Below, one piece after another: positions 15,969 to 23,993 of a stretch of DNA of 64,000 nt. The translations under genes were made by a program, and so were the position numbers. Position 1 is the stretch's first letter; each line of letters starts with the position of its first letter. Source of the stretch: a virus; the IMG/VR virus record IMGVR_UViG_3300032893_000735, positions 41,826 through 105,825 of that record; one strand, given 5' to 3'. The notes beneath the pieces are model-generated. The model worked only from the letters and a program-made list of their open reading frames with translations, was not told the origin of the DNA and made no database searches.

Positions 15969-16433
15969 CTGGTTCCATAGTACCAAGTTATTTGTCGTCC
16001 CATAGAACCCGATCTTTATCTTTTGGTTCCATAGTACCAAAACTTTTAAGGGAGGGTCGGGGTCGCTAGGTGAAGTCTCAGTCCTACGGCACAACGCGGG
16101 GGTCAGGCCCCCGGTGGGTGGGCCGCGTTTCGTAGGGTCCCCCGCAAGTCGCACATATCAAACGACTTAGCGCCACCGTAGACAAGTCTCTTGGAGAATC
16201 TCCGCCGGACCGATACTGCATCTATTGCCACACTGTAGTCACAGCTTACCTGTAACCTATTGATTCTAAAGGGGCGATGCAAAACTAATGTTATCGGTCG
16301 ATGGGTTTGGCCGATTCGGTGGCCGATGCCCGGTGAAAACTGTATGTTGATTCTAAACGACTTAGGCCATGTAACCCCGCCGCTGTGTCCTGTTCTATGG
16401 CCGATAGCCTAAGGTAAACGTCTCAGTACTGAG

Positions 16434-16637
16434 TCATTTAGATCCTAATACAGACGTGCTACTTGCCTTGGACACGTCTTTGCCTCTACCCTTGCGCTTT
16501 GCTCTAGTCTTTGGCTTAAGTCTTTTAAAGCCTTGCAGTTGCCTAGTCGCATCCAAGACTTGTTTAATGCTGGCCTTGGGGTCCTGGATAATACGGATTA
16601 GGGCTAGCTCTGCTATTTGAGATTGAGTCTTGGGCAT
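16434..16637 (-). CDS. Small basic hypothetical protein
   Basis: MPKTQSQ... with a very basic C-terminus. Confidence 0.45.
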   Translation of the reverse strand: MPKTQSQIAELALIRIIQDPKASIKQVLDATRQLQGFKRLKPKTRAKRKGRGKDVSKASSTSVLGSK

Positions 16638-16851
16638 TAGGTAAGCGATACTACGTAAGCGTATGGGTTGGTACGGGCCCGTGTGATCCATTGCGAATCT
16701 AGCAATAATTGACCGCGACTGAGGATAGCGCTTGCTGTGTGCGGGCCCGTCTATAGTGTATAGAGTGATTCGGGGCGCGAAAACGTGCATTCCGTCCGTA
16801 AAATGGATTTTCGCAATGTTTTTCGGCCTTCATTATCAATCGTTTAGGGTA

Positions 16852-16910
16852 GTTTTCCACATTTTCCACAGACAGGGGAGATTGACACAAATTCGGGATA
16901 GTGGGAATCT
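16852..16910 (+). promoter_or_regulatory. Early promoter 1 with two TTTTCCACA boxes
   Basis: GTTTTCCACATTTTCCACA...TTGACA-17-(TGg)GAATCT. Confidence 0.55.
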
Positions 16911-16939
16911 AGGAATGTCAACGCAACAAAGGAGACGAG

Positions 16940-17431
16940 ATGGCACAGCAACCAAATTGGAAGAGCATCGGCACGGTCGGAGATGTTAACCCGTTGGACT
17001 ATGACGGCGGATACGTATATGAGGATACGACTGGCGTCTATCCTGCCGAATTGGAATATGTCCGGAATGTATCGGGCACAGAAGACGAAAACGGACCGTG
17101 GGAAGTCTATCGCTGGCCATTGGACCGCTACGAAATGGTCGACGCGGGCGGTGATACGCTGCTAGTGCCGTTTGGGTTTGGCTCTCGTTCAGATCTTCCT
17201 CATCCGCTGGCCAATTACGACGCGTGGTTTAATGACGACATTTCGCAAGTAGCATCCTATGTTGGATCCAACGTTGCGGAGATGCGTGCTTCGCTGTGCT
17301 CCGACAATCCGATGGAGCGGGCCTGGGTATATTTGGACCTTGCGACCTGCCACGGTTTCGAGAATTTCGACTCTTACCCTCTTGACTACTCGGACCGCGA
17401 AGAACTGGAGAAGCGGTACGCAACGTTATAG
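16940..17431 (+). CDS. Acidic hypothetical early protein
   Basis: AAGGAG RBS; first gene of the right arm. Confidence 0.8.
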   Translation: MAQQPNWKSIGTVGDVNPLDYDGGYVYEDTTGVYPAELEYVRNVSGTEDENGPWEVYRWPLDRYEMVDAGGDTLLVPFGFGSRSDLPHPLANYDAWFNDDISQVASYVGSNVAEMRASLCSDNPMERAWVYLDLATCHGFENFDSYPLDYSDREELEKRYATL

Positions 17432-17690
17432 AATCCGTCCAGATAATGGACAACTTACAGCGTAACCCATCCGCTATATGATGGGCGGGGAGTTGAGACA
17501 ATGCCTGATTTTTCTATCGGATGTTTGCTGGTTATTCTCGGCGTAGTGTTGTGTTTAGTGGCGCAGTTTCTCGCCGAATGGATCAATGATTAGCGTCCAT
17601 TTTTCAGACAACACCCTAGGGTAAAATCGCCAGTACTGCGCTGTTTTGCCCTACTGATCTGTACTCACGGCGCAATGGAGGAGCTAGAAA

Positions 17691-17894
17691 ATGAATTCCT
17701 ATGTGGTAATCTGCGGAAACATTGGAATGGTGTATTCCGGCGGAGTGTATCAATCCGCATTGGACGCGTTCACAGTCTACAAAAACAAGTCTATTCGGGG
17801 CGAGGGGCGCGCAAGCGGCGAAAGTGTTACCATGTTCCGGAATGGCGAAGTAATCAAGGAATTCATCGGAAGCACGGACGAAAACGAAGACTAA
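17691..17894 (+). CDS. Hypothetical early protein
   Basis: GGAGGAG RBS. Confidence 0.75.
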   Translation: MNSYVVICGNIGMVYSGGVYQSALDAFTVYKNKSIRGEGRASGESVTMFRNGEVIKEFIGSTDENED

Positions 17895-17896
17895 TC

Positions 17897-17955
17897 GCAG
17901 AGTGGCCGTCCGGAAAATGGACGGTTAATGCGGCGGTCCCGTCACAAGCCGGGAC
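17897..17955 (+). ncRNA. Twister ribozyme (circularly permuted, P1 closed as a hairpin)
   Basis: GCAGAGTG-[P1 hairpin]-TAATGCGGC-g-GTCCCG-TCACAAGC-CGGGAC; loop CAC can pair with GTG (pseudoknot). Confidence 0.8.
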
Positions 17956-17997
17956 AATCCAAACCGTATTCCGTGAAACTCACGGCGAAAGGGAAAC

Positions 17998-18516
17998 ATG
18001 TACGTCCCGAAGAATCTCAAGCTATGGACATTGCCGGATTCATACTTCGGCGAGCGCTGGACGGATTATTACGTGGTAATCGGTGCTCACCGGGACAGCG
18101 ACACAATTTCTCGGTGCAACTTCGATTGCATCCTTGCCGACTTGGAAAAACTGGAATCTGAAACGTGCAAGGAATGGGACAATGGGACGGATGACGAATC
18201 CGCCTTGCAGCACGTCACAGAGAATCATTGGGCCGTTGGATGGGTCGAATGGATCGGAATTCACAAGAATGCGCCCGATGAATTGTTGCGGCGAGCCGAT
18301 GAAATAATTGGCGAGCTGGAAGATTATCCGGTGTACAACGATGACAAGCTGTCAGAATTCGAAGATGAACAGGCTTGTGAAGCTTGGAAGTCTTACAGCT
18401 TGCGGGACCGAATCGAACTATGTGCGGAGTATGGAGTCTCGATTTTCGCCGCGCGGCGCGACTATCCGCCGTATGACGATCAAGGCGGAATTCAGCAAAC
18501 CTTACTAGGCTACTAA
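17998..18516 (+). CDS. Acidic hypothetical early protein
   Basis: AAGGG RBS; HWAVGWVEW motif. Confidence 0.8.
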   Translation: MYVPKNLKLWTLPDSYFGERWTDYYVVIGAHRDSDTISRCNFDCILADLEKLESETCKEWDNGTDDESALQHVTENHWAVGWVEWIGIHKNAPDELLRRADEIIGELEDYPVYNDDKLSEFEDEQACEAWKSYSLRDRIELCAEYGVSIFAARRDYPPYDDQGGIQQTLLGY

Positions 18517-18956
18517 TCCCATTTTCCGGACAAAACAATGAAACCAAATAATTGGATCAATCCTCGGGACGATTACGCGATCTGTAGAGCAAAACAGGTC
18601 GTCGGGTACCGGACCGGCTCCGCCCTGCAATCACACATTAACACTTGTCACGGCGGGCAAGTTTCCGATACTTGCCCCGCGTGCAAAGAGATTCAGCGCA
18701 AGATGGAGGCAGCAAAGTGACCATTCAGCAAGCCGCATGGCAAAAAAGAAGCGACGTTGTCGATGTAGACTGGAAGGAATTGTGGGAGCGGTACGACTAC
18801 CCGCATGCTACGATTCTCGGAGGCTGCCAGAACGTCTCGCACCGCACGGCGCAACCGTTCTGGAGCACACTCAAACGGGCGGCGGTTTTGACCGTGCTGT
18901 TTACGGCAGTGTTCGCCATTTTCACCGCAATTGTGTTTTAGTCCATTTTCTGGAAA

Positions 18957-19005
18957 GTTTTCCACAATTTTCAGGCTTGACACGGAAAACAATAACAACT
19001 AATCT
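18957..19005 (+). promoter_or_regulatory. Early promoter 2
   Basis: GTTTTCCACA...TTGACA-17-TAATCT, preceded by palindrome copy 18941. Confidence 0.7.
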
Positions 19006-19026
19006 TGAATCATTGGAGGGCAAGAC

Positions 19027-19341
19027 ATGGTCCTCGACCCGCGTTACAAAGCAATGGAGAACCCTACTATCCTACTCATGCACGCTATTGGATGGCAGGG
19101 CGGAACGGTTCACCAAGTGGCGGAACATACAGGCTTGCCCGTGCCCGATATTCTTTCCTTACACAAGCATGAGCCGTATTCCGGCTTGAATTCTTCGGCG
19201 TGCTCCGGGTGGACCAGTGTAAGAACGTGTTCTCTCGAATGGAACCAGGAACGGATCTTCCCGAAGTACCACGGCAACATTGACTTTTGGTCCGGGGTTT
19301 TACAGGCTCAGTTCAGCATCGAGGTAATGGGCCTATCCTAA
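19027..19341 (+). CDS. Hypothetical protein
   Basis: GGAGG RBS after the promoter. Confidence 0.7.
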   Translation: MVLDPRYKAMENPTILLMHAIGWQGGTVHQVAEHTGLPVPDILSLHKHEPYSGLNSSACSGWTSVRTCSLEWNQERIFPKYHGNIDFWSGVLQAQFSIEVMGLS

Positions 19342-19535
19342 CGGCACAATCCGAAAAATGGACAACTCACGGGGGGAAGGTGTACCATGAAAACAATTTT
19401 CTGGGATGTGTTTCATAATGGGCGCAAGATTGACAGCGTACCATATTCGGCGGACTGTGATAAGGAATATGTGCGCCGCTCACTGATTGAACACGACGGG
19501 TATAACCCCGACATCCTTGTCCGCAAGGCGCGATA

Positions 19536-19871
19536 ATGCGAATGTGGATGGTCGAACCCCGGCTAATGTGTCGCAAGCATCTGTTAGGTGAGCACGTAGA
19601 GCTGCACATGCTAGTCGGGAGCCTTCAGCGCGGAAAGTCAATAGCAGGTTTCTTGTCTAGGGGCCTGCTAGAACCTCAACACATACGAGAGCGTCACGCG
19701 ATTTTAGTTGCGGAAATGGAACGGCGGGGATACTCTCATAACAGTGCACTCGCGGAATACGAAACCGATATAACCGGCAAGGTGGACAGACAAAAGTCAT
19801 TGCAGGATCTTTCGGGAAGGTGTATCGAGTGTGCGGAACGGATCAAAGAACAAGGAGGCGCGGAAAAATGA
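19536..19871 (+). CDS. denV: Pyrimidine-dimer DNA glycosylase (T4 endonuclease V family)
   Basis: MRMW....LMCRKHLLGEHVELH...RH..LVAEMERRGY.H. Confidence 0.8.
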   Translation: MRMWMVEPRLMCRKHLLGEHVELHMLVGSLQRGKSIAGFLSRGLLEPQHIRERHAILVAEMERRGYSHNSALAEYETDITGKVDRQKSLQDLSGRCIECAERIKEQGGAEK

Positions 19872-20062
19872 TTTTCAGGACAAGGAAAGACGCGAAGTCG
19901 TGGGCGAAAGCGAATCTCCGAGGAAAATACTATCGCCTTGTGACATCTTACGTAAACGCAGAGCGCGGCTATGAGACGAAAATCGCTCTCCAGTCCCGCC
20001 CATTTAGCCGAATGAATGATCCGAAAGTTTACGCCTAACCGCTTAGCCGGAGCGTTATCCGG

Positions 20063-20118
20063 CCCCTCTACCGGGTTTAACGGTCCCGGCACTGATGAGC
20101 GCGAAAGGCGCGAAAGGG
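20063..20118 (+). ncRNA. Hammerhead ribozyme, type III
   Basis: CCC-TC, stem I (CCGGG/CCCGG), CTGATGA, GCGC-GAAAG-GCGC, GAAA, GGG. Confidence 0.85.
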
Positions 20119-20133
20119 AGAATCCAAAAAAAA

Positions 20134-20961
20134 ATGGACAGAACGACGAATCGAGTGGACGTACCGAAACGGGTTTTAGATCGCGTCTACGCATCGAAAC
20201 CTGAAGACTGGAAACAGCACGAAAACGGCGGCGGATGGGTGCATAAAACCGCTTATGTTGAAAAATCGGCTTATTTGCATCCTACGTCGATTGTGTCCGG
20301 CGATGCTCGGGTGTACGGCAATGCTCGGGTGTACGGCGATGCTTGGGTGTCCGGCAATGCTTGGGTGTACGGCAATGCTCGGGTGTACGGCGATGCTTGG
20401 GTGTCCGGCAATGCTCGGGTGTCCGGCAATGCTTGGGTGTCCGGCGATGCTCGGGTGTCCGGCGATGCTCGGGTGTCCGGCGATGCTTGGGTGTCCGGCA
20501 ATGCTCGGGTGTCCGGCAATGCTCAGGTGTCCGGCGATGCTTGGGTGTCCGGCAATGCTCGGGTGTACGGCAATGCTCAGGTGTCCGGCAATGCTCAGGT
20601 GTCCGGCGATGCTTGGGTGTCCGGCAATGCTCGGGTGTACGGCAATGCTCAGGTGTCCGGCGATGCTCGGGTGTACGGCAATGCTCGGGTGTCCGGCGAT
20701 GCTCGGGTGTCCGGCGATGCTTGGGTATTTTCGCCCCTCTACATCCAAGGCACAATGCACTCGCTCACCTTGTGCAGTTTTACGCAAATTGCTGTAGGGT
20801 GCCACGTCCATGATATAACCTATTGGATGAAGCATTACAAGGCAATAGGGCGGACCGAGGGGTACACGAAAGAACAGGTAAGCGAGTACAAACGACATTT
20901 GGATTATTTGGCCGCAGAGTCTGAGCGGCTACTGGCTGCAAAAATCGAAACGAAGGAATAA
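20134..20961 (+). CDS. Hexapeptide-repeat (V[SY]G[ND]A[RWQ]) left-handed beta-helix protein
   Basis: About 24 tandem hexapeptides; likely start ATG 20134 after GGGAG. Confidence 0.8.
   Translation: MDRTTNRVDVPKRVLDRVYASKPEDWKQHENGGGWVHKTAYVEKSAYLHPTSIVSGDARVYGNARVYGDAWVSGNAWVYGNARVYGDAWVSGNARVSGNAWVSGDARVSGDARVSGDAWVSGNARVSGNAQVSGDAWVSGNARVYGNAQVSGNAQVSGDAWVSGNARVYGNAQVSGDARVYGNARVSGDARVSGDAWVFSPLYIQGTMHSLTLCSFTQIAVGCHVHDITYWMKHYKAIGRTEGYTKEQVSEYKRHLDYLAAESERLLAAKIETKE
20293..20727 (+). repeat. 18-bp coding tandem repeat, about 24 units
   Basis: GTGT[CA]CGGC[AG]ATGCT[CT][GA]G units. Confidence 0.95.
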
Positions 20962-20989
20962 CCAACCGCCCGCCGGAGCGTATCCGGTA

Positions 20990-21041
20990 GGCTCTACAGG
21001 CAAGCCGTCACGGGGCAGAGCTGAGCATCTACTAATTGCCT
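20990..21041 (+). ncRNA. Minimal HDV-like ribozyme
   Basis: P1 GGCTCT/AGAGCT (G.U at +1), P2 AGGCAA/TTGCCT, P3 GCC/GGC, 7-nt L3, P1.1 TC/GA, J4/2 CTAA. Confidence 0.8.
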
Positions 21042-21052
21042 AAAGGAGAACC

Positions 21053-21580
21053 ATGAGTAAGTACACGGAACAGGCGGAAAAGTTTCTCAAGGACCACGGC
21101 CTGACATTCACGGCGCAGCTTATCGGGTCTGATTGCCCGAAGTTTTGCGAAGATGCAGCCAAAATGCGGGAAATGGACAACCACGAATTCCTATCAGAAG
21201 TAAACGAAGCGGGCGAAAGTTTTGCAGAATCCGCCCAAGAAATGTTAGACGCACTCCGCGCGGCGCAAGAATCCGAGGACAATGAGGCTGAGGATGAAGC
21301 GCGGCGGACAATTGACGCGCACCCGCTTTCGGTCCAGGTTCGTGGCGGATGGCATACTCCGGGTTGCGGCGGCAGAGTGGCGGAGGAATTCGAGATTCTG
21401 CTAGGCACCGGTGGCCCCGCATCCAGGATCATCGGGGAACTGAACGAATACGCCGAACCCGATTCGGCGCGGTTTGAATATCAGGATTGGTTTAAGCCGT
21501 GGACTCCAGCGCTCAACTTGTCTGAAGATCAGAATGAAGCGATCCTAGAATTTGCCCGCCAGTTCTATTACGGCGAATAA
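21053..21580 (+). CDS. Acidic hypothetical early protein
   Basis: AAGGAG RBS; FEILLGTGGPA..I.G motif. Confidence 0.8.
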   Translation: MSKYTEQAEKFLKDHGLTFTAQLIGSDCPKFCEDAAKMREMDNHEFLSEVNEAGESFAESAQEMLDALRAAQESEDNEAEDEARRTIDAHPLSVQVRGGWHTPGCGGRVAEEFEILLGTGGPASRIIGELNEYAEPDSARFEYQDWFKPWTPALNLSEDQNEAILEFARQFYYGE

Positions 21581-21778
21581 CTCACGGCGCAACCGGCCCG
21601 CCCATCGGCCTAAAGGTGGGGCAGAGAATCAGGAAAGGGGAGTAAAAAAAAAGATGGCATACCCAACTCTTGAGCAATTTGAGCAAGCCCGCCGCGAACT
21701 AAGGCGTGCGGATAACACCGAACTGGAACAGAAAAAGCCAAAGAGCAACGAGTAACAGTCCAGAAAATGGACGACAGA

Positions 21779-21826
21779 GTTTTCCACAGCTTTCGGCTTG
21801 ACAAAAACAACCAAACGAAGTAGTTT
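21779..21826 (+). promoter_or_regulatory. Early promoter 3
   Basis: GTTTTCCACA...TTGACA-17-TAGTTT, preceded by palindrome copy 21758. Confidence 0.7.
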
Positions 21827-22077
21827 TGATTGAAAAGGAGAAACTATGTCACCAGCAACGAAAGGCCAGATCACCAAGGCGCGGAAGATCGAGGACAGCC
21901 GCGCACGTTTTAACGCCGTCCGGGCGGTGTTTGCCAAGTCGATGCCCGCCGAACAAGCAAAGCACGCGGCGCGAAAGGCACTCGTAACGTCCAAGTAATG
22001 GACACGGCAGACTTGCTCTGCCCAGATAGCTAACCCCGATTATCTGGAGAGGGCAAGAACCGAAATAGGGAGAATTT

Positions 22078-22269
22078 GTGATTGAAACCACAATCAAGTG
22101 TGACGTGTGCGGGGCTGTCAAGGGCCAAACCAACCATTGGTTCGACTTGTGGCGGAGCGACGAAGGTTGTATCATCGTGGCCCCATCAAAACCTGACGTA
22201 ACCGCCAGTCAAGTATGCGGGAAGAAATGCCTGCATGTTCTGATCGACAAATTACTGGAGGGGAAATGA
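22078..22269 (+). CDS. Small Cys-rich hypothetical protein
   Basis: GGGAG RBS; CDVC and CGKKC. Confidence 0.65.
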   Translation: MIETTIKCDVCGAVKGQTNHWFDLWRSDEGCIIVAPSKPDVTASQVCGKKCLHVLIDKLLEGK

Positions 22270-22829
22270 ACATCCTAGTCGAACCCCAAGGTGAGGGCGA
22301 CGTAGTGGCAGGAATGGTTAACGGTGTTATCCTGTCTGTCCCGTTTTGGGCAATTGTACTAGTCGTGATGTGGCTGAAGGGGTGCTTGTGAGGAAACCAA
22401 TTGCAACTTTGGAGATCACTGCGGGGTCCCTCCTTCGCGGAGAAATTCGCAGAGAACTTGACAAAATTGTCTATCGACACCCTGAGATTTCTTACCGTGA
22501 GTTTAAGGGATTTCTTTCTAGTGATTTCATCATACGTGGCCCTTTGGCGCATGTAGGCAGGATCAAGAGGTGGCTGGAGGAGGTAGGCAATTGACCGACC
22601 TCACGGCGAGATCAACCCGGCTACGATTCACAACCAGCTCCGAGGTTCGGGAGGCGGGCAAGCATCGGAGAGTAGTCTGCGAAGCGCGACCACAATACCT
22701 GATTGTCAAGGCATCCGGCCTGCATTCGTGTTATAGTATCCCTTGGGATGCTATCTGGAGCCTAGCAGTTAAACAAGATGTCGCGGCTAAGAAGGCCGCG
22801 AAGAAGGCGAAGAAGGAACCGTCCAAATA

Positions 22830-23993
22830 ATGGACGAGAAAGCAGGATCAATGAAAGGCTTCAAGGGTTTTGACAAGGATCTGAAGTGCCGAGGTTTCCA
22901 ATACGAACTTGGCAAAACATTCGCCCACGAAGGAACCGTAGACCTTTGTTCGCCCGGCTTCCATTTCTGCGAAAACCCGCTTGACGTGCTCTCTTATTAC
23001 GGGGTGGCAAACGGAAATCGTTTCGCGGAAGTAGAGGTCGATGGAGTAACTGACCAGAAGGAAAACGATTCAAAACGGGTCTGTTCTTCTCTTGCCATCG
23101 GTGCAGAAATTTCCCTCAAGAATCTAGTCGATCATTCGATTAAATTCATCTTCAACAAAACCACAAACCCCACCAGTGGCGACTACGCGCACTCGGCCAC
23201 CAGCGGCGACTACGCGCACTCGGCCACCAGCGGCAACAACGCGCACTCGGCCACCAGTGGCGACTGCGCGCCCTCGGCCACCAGTGGCGACTGCGCGCGC
23301 TCGGCCACCAGCGGCAACAACGCGCATTCGGCCACCAGCGGCGACTACGCGCACTCGGCCACCAGCGGCGTCTACGCGCACTCGGCCACCAGCGGCAACT
23401 ACGCGCACTCGGCCACCAGCGGCAACTACGCGCACTCGGCCACCAGCGGCGACTACGCGCACTCGGCCACCAGCGGCAACAACGCGCACTCGGCCACCAG
23501 CGGCGTCTACGCGCACTCGGCCACCAGCGGCATCTACGCGCGCTCGGCCACCAGCGGCAACTACGCGCACTCGGCCACCAGCGGCGACTACGCGCACTCG
23601 GCCACCAGCGGCAACAACGCGCATTCGGCCACCAGCGGCGACTACGCGCACTCGGCCACCAGCGGCAACAACGCGCACTCGGCCACCAGCGGCATCTACG
23701 CGCGCTCGGCCACCAGCGGCAACTACGCGCACTCGGCCACCAGCGGCGACTACGCGCATTCGGCCACCAGCGGCGACTACGCGCGCTCGTCTGCTATGGG
23801 GGGAAATTCAATAGCCGCCGCTATTGGTAGAAACGGCGCAGCAAAGGCATCCGTAGGAAACTGGATCGTTCTGGCGGAATACAAGGACAACGGAGAGATT
23901 GTATCCGTGAAAATGGCAAAAGTGGACGGCGAGAAGATCAAGGCCGACACTTTTTACCAACTCAAAAACGGGGAGTTTACGGAAGCTGAATGA
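22830..23993 (+). CDS. DUF7666-like protein with 9-residue (SATSGxYAH) repeats
   Basis: KGFDKDLKCRGFQYE...GFHFCENPLDV N-terminus; VDGEKIKADTFY C-terminus. Confidence 0.85.
   Translation: MDEKAGSMKGFKGFDKDLKCRGFQYELGKTFAHEGTVDLCSPGFHFCENPLDVLSYYGVANGNRFAEVEVDGVTDQKENDSKRVCSSLAIGAEISLKNLVDHSIKFIFNKTTNPTSGDYAHSATSGDYAHSATSGNNAHSATSGDCAPSATSGDCARSATSGNNAHSATSGDYAHSATSGVYAHSATSGNYAHSATSGNYAHSATSGDYAHSATSGNNAHSATSGVYAHSATSGIYARSATSGNYAHSATSGDYAHSATSGNNAHSATSGDYAHSATSGNNAHSATSGIYARSATSGNYAHSATSGDYAHSATSGDYARSSAMGGNSIAAAIGRNGAAKASVGNWIVLAEYKDNGEIVSVKMAKVDGEKIKADTFYQLKNGEFTEAE
23171..23789 (+). repeat. 27-bp coding tandem repeat, about 23 units
   Basis: CCACCAGCGGCxxCTACGCGCACTCGG units. Confidence 0.95.

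Noticed and set aside
17617-17653. Additional ribozymes in the spacers at about 17.6 kb, 21.6 kb and 22.0 kb
   Set aside because: Hairpins are present, but I could not assemble a complete pistol, twister-sister, hatchet or hammerhead core.
20122-20139. Palindrome variant with an expanded spacer (run of 9 A) as a regulatory switch
   Set aside because: Most simply a homopolymer length error or slippage; not counted among the copies.
20176-20898. Alternative-frame and antisense ORFs over the 18-bp, 27-bp and 6-bp repeats (also 23124-23814 and 34583-34930)
   Set aside because: They are open only because the repeat units lack stop codons; no RBS or family signature.
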